From contig OZ241829.1 of the NCBI GenBank assembly GCA_965202585.1, positions 84,134,001-84,198,000 on the forward strand: a DNA stretch of 64,000 nt, read 5' to 3'. Within the stretch, counting starts at the first letter, position 1, and every line of letters begins with the position of its first letter. This DNA is from Thalia democratica (Eukaryota). The notes below the pieces were generated by a model that worked only from the letters and a program-made list of their open reading frames with translations, was not told the origin of the DNA and did not search any database. Made by a program: the position numbers and the translations under genes. Of the stretch, positions 61,112-64,000 are shown piece after piece.

Positions 61112-64000
61112 TTTTCCTCATTGTTTTTTTTGCATATCATTTTTTATTTGACACCTTTTTCAATTGCCTATGTAAAGTATTTTAATTGGTTATCTAAAAA
61201 TTAAATCACGTTTTTATCAATTACGGTCCTTGCTGTGTCTCTTTGTCTGCTTGTGTTAGTAGATTTTCATAATAATTTGTTTGGCTCATCTCTACATGCC
61301 ACCTAGTTGTCTCATGAGCTTAATTGATATTACTTTATACAACAAGTTTTTAACTGGACTTAATGACTACTTGAAGTCTTCTAAGATATGTATTTATAAA
61401 AAGTTTCAAATAAAATAAAACAGTTTGTTTTTATTCTTAAATTCATGACGACTTGTGAATATAAACATTTTACTGTGTCTTCTTGAAAGAATATTAATTA
61501 CTAAAATTTACTTGAATTATTTTAATAAACAATTTAACCAAATTTTGATTTTTTGTCGTTCTTTACTTACTATATTATTTTTGTATACCCATCATGAAAT
61601 TTATCTTAAAAATTGGTAAACTTAATAAGCAATACAAGTTTCTGAGATTATGAGTAAGTTTTTCATATTTTTATGTGTTATTGTGTTACATAAGTTAACA
61701 ATTGTGTCTACTACGATGTTGTTACTAGATATTATAGTCTACATCAGTCAGATCGGACTATTGGAGTACAATAGCTTCGGATATTTCCGTTTATTTTCCG
61801 ATATATCAGCTCCTCTAATCTAAAAAAAAATTTTTTTTTGCTGAGCTTGCATAATCTAATCAGACAATCTTGTAAAAAAAGGTAGTTAGTCATTTATTGT
61901 AACAATTTTTTGCTTTCCTTCCTAAAAAAAAACCTTAAAATTTAAATACTTTCATTAGTCTTTTCAATCTTTGGACAAATTTCTGACTGCCTGTTTTCAC
62001 CAACCAGTTAAATCCATCTAAGACGTGAATACCACCATTTATGTAAGCTATGCCGTAGTAATGTTCGTATTTCGTTATTTTTGCTAAGGCTCTGACGTTG
62101 TTGAATTCAGTTCCTTGAACCGACTGTTCCTTCAAACTCTTAAACAGGGGGTTAAATAAACTCTACTCAGAGTTTTTAAGCAAGTCCTGCTAATGCTGGC
62201 TTTTACACTATAACACTTTTGCTTAACCAAGCTAAAAACTCTGAACTGGTTATTAAAAAAGTTTCATGTGTTCAACAAGCTAATTCAAATCCGTGTCCAT
62301 CCAACATCTAAAAGATTTTGAAATATGTTGTGTTATTCTAATATAAAATCTCTGGGACGTTCTGCCAAATTAATCAGCAGGACATGTAGAACTTTTAAGA
62401 GCCACTTGGCTTCCTCGAGCTCTTCTTCTGTTTCCCAGTTATCAGGAATATAGTTAGAAGAATATAAGTTGTGACTGAAGCTGAACGGGGTCACCCAAGC
62501 CCCTCATGAACTTTCATGTTTTTCCCCAATCACTTGTTTCAGTTCAACTTCTTTTTTAGCGTAACGACTGCTCTTTTCTATCACTTTAAAAACTTTTTAA
62601 CCGGCTTTTTTGTTTGAATATAATGAATTTACGTTCAATATAATTTTATATCCTTCTCCGTAAGTCCGTTTAAACTTTTATTCTTTATGTTTTTCTATGT
62701 CACGATTTATCCATTCAATGCTCCATCGTTCTTATACTTGTGTCATATTATACGTGGTGATTTAGATTTGCCCATTTCGTAAACATTTATTTGCTTTGTT
62801 ACAACTCTATTAACTCTTATGATATACAATTCAATTTTTATAAACAAATTTCTTAAATGTCAAGTTTAAATTAAGAATTGTCAAAATTTTGTTTTGATTG
62901 TTTATTTCTTCTTAAAATATAAGTGATCATAAGTATCTCTTTTACGTTTCCTACTTTTATCAGAATGTTTTCTCCTGTGTTGCTCACTGTCATCAAAAAA
63001 ATCACTGTTACGTTTTTTAATGTTATTAAAAGGACTTATCTGACTTTGTTGCTTGTTATCAAAACCAGTTCTATCATTTTGCGGGTTATTATCAAAATGA
63101 ATGCTGTTAGAAAACTGGTTGTAGCTACTCAGGTATTGTTGGGCTGTAAAGTTGTTCTGTGTATTTAGAAAAGCAGGTGTAATGTTGTACATGCTGTTTG
63201 TGAAAGATTGGCTGTAGTTTGGAATTAATTAAACCATAAATTTGCTAACCTTATTACCATTAAAGCATTGAGCAAAAAATTTCCCATTTGACAGTGCCGC
63301 TTATTTTTTGTAAAACTCATCATAGAAAAACCACGATCAATCTTGTCGATGTTTTTTTAATCATCTTCCAATAATATTAGATGACGTGGAGTATGGCTAG
63401 TTGTGCTTAATTTGTTTCATAGGTAAGTGTTCTCGAACAAACAATTTGTAGCTTATGTTTTCAATGCAAGCTAGCTGTGCTATGTGTTTTCTTCTTTCTT
63501 CGATATTATTAATATTTGAAAGGAATTAATTCAGTAAAAAACGTCTAATTAAACGCTAAATTACTCGTTTTAACAGCTTATATTTAGAACTAACTTCTTT
63601 ACGTATTGTTTTATTCGTTGCATTCAAACAAGCATTTTTCAAAGCAGTCTTTTTCGTCAGTTTTTTTTTCCATAATCAAAACATACATATCTATCTTCTA
63701 GTGAGTACGATGGTCCACCGCATAGTAAAATATCAAATGAGACTTCTTGTCTGTACTTGGTAGAGTTTTTGAAAATTCGCAAATGCTTAGCCTCGTAATA
63801 TTTCATTAGTTGCTGAGCGTACTAAGTATAATAATTGAAAGCATTACATATATATAATTTTTATATTATGATATATTATAAAAGACTTTTTTGAGTATAG
63901 CTAATTCTGCGTCATTGACTCTATCCACAAGCAAGTGATTTTGATCATAAAATTTTTCGATTATGAATTTAATGCATACTAGATTTCCTATGTATTTTCT

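Noticed and set aside
61935-63192. ORFs 61935..62135 and 62902..63192 and the nearby coding-like sequence
   Set aside because: Probably decayed transposon sequence, but no motif could be assigned confidently. ORFs 673..1002 and 5428..5769 were likewise left uncalled.

Overview
This is strongly AT-rich (about 70-75% A+T by eye), repeat-dense eukaryotic DNA, most likely from an invertebrate animal (inference from GT-AG introns and the Penelope-like, RTE, Gypsy, hAT and MULE remnants). One apparently intact host gene can be reconstructed on the + strand: 12 phase-consistent exons (36449-42769, 5' end not found) encoding at least 331 aa of coiled coil. It ends in an amphipathic tail, GFFRRLFRRY*, followed by an 11-unit tandem array in the 3' UTR. 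One intron holds a young Penelope-like (Naiad-type) insertion (37601-39515). It has a 12-bp target-site duplication, ~410-bp inverted arms and an open endonuclease-only GIY-YIG ORF, and each arm carries a candidate hammerhead ribozyme with a non-canonical core (CCGUAGA). A second, decayed Naiad carries a canonical minimal hammerhead (57897-57932). The rest is a mosaic of decayed transposons: shuffled pieces of a MULE/NOF-like element, hAT pieces and MITEs, two RTE 5' halves inside a ~2.4-kb duplication, and a Gypsy gag with a Tf1-like self-priming signature. Four orphan host-gene fragments are also present (Kelch, CAF1/CNOT7-like, OPA1, ARIH1 Ariadne domain). All protein-family calls rest on motif recognition by eye; no searches were run.
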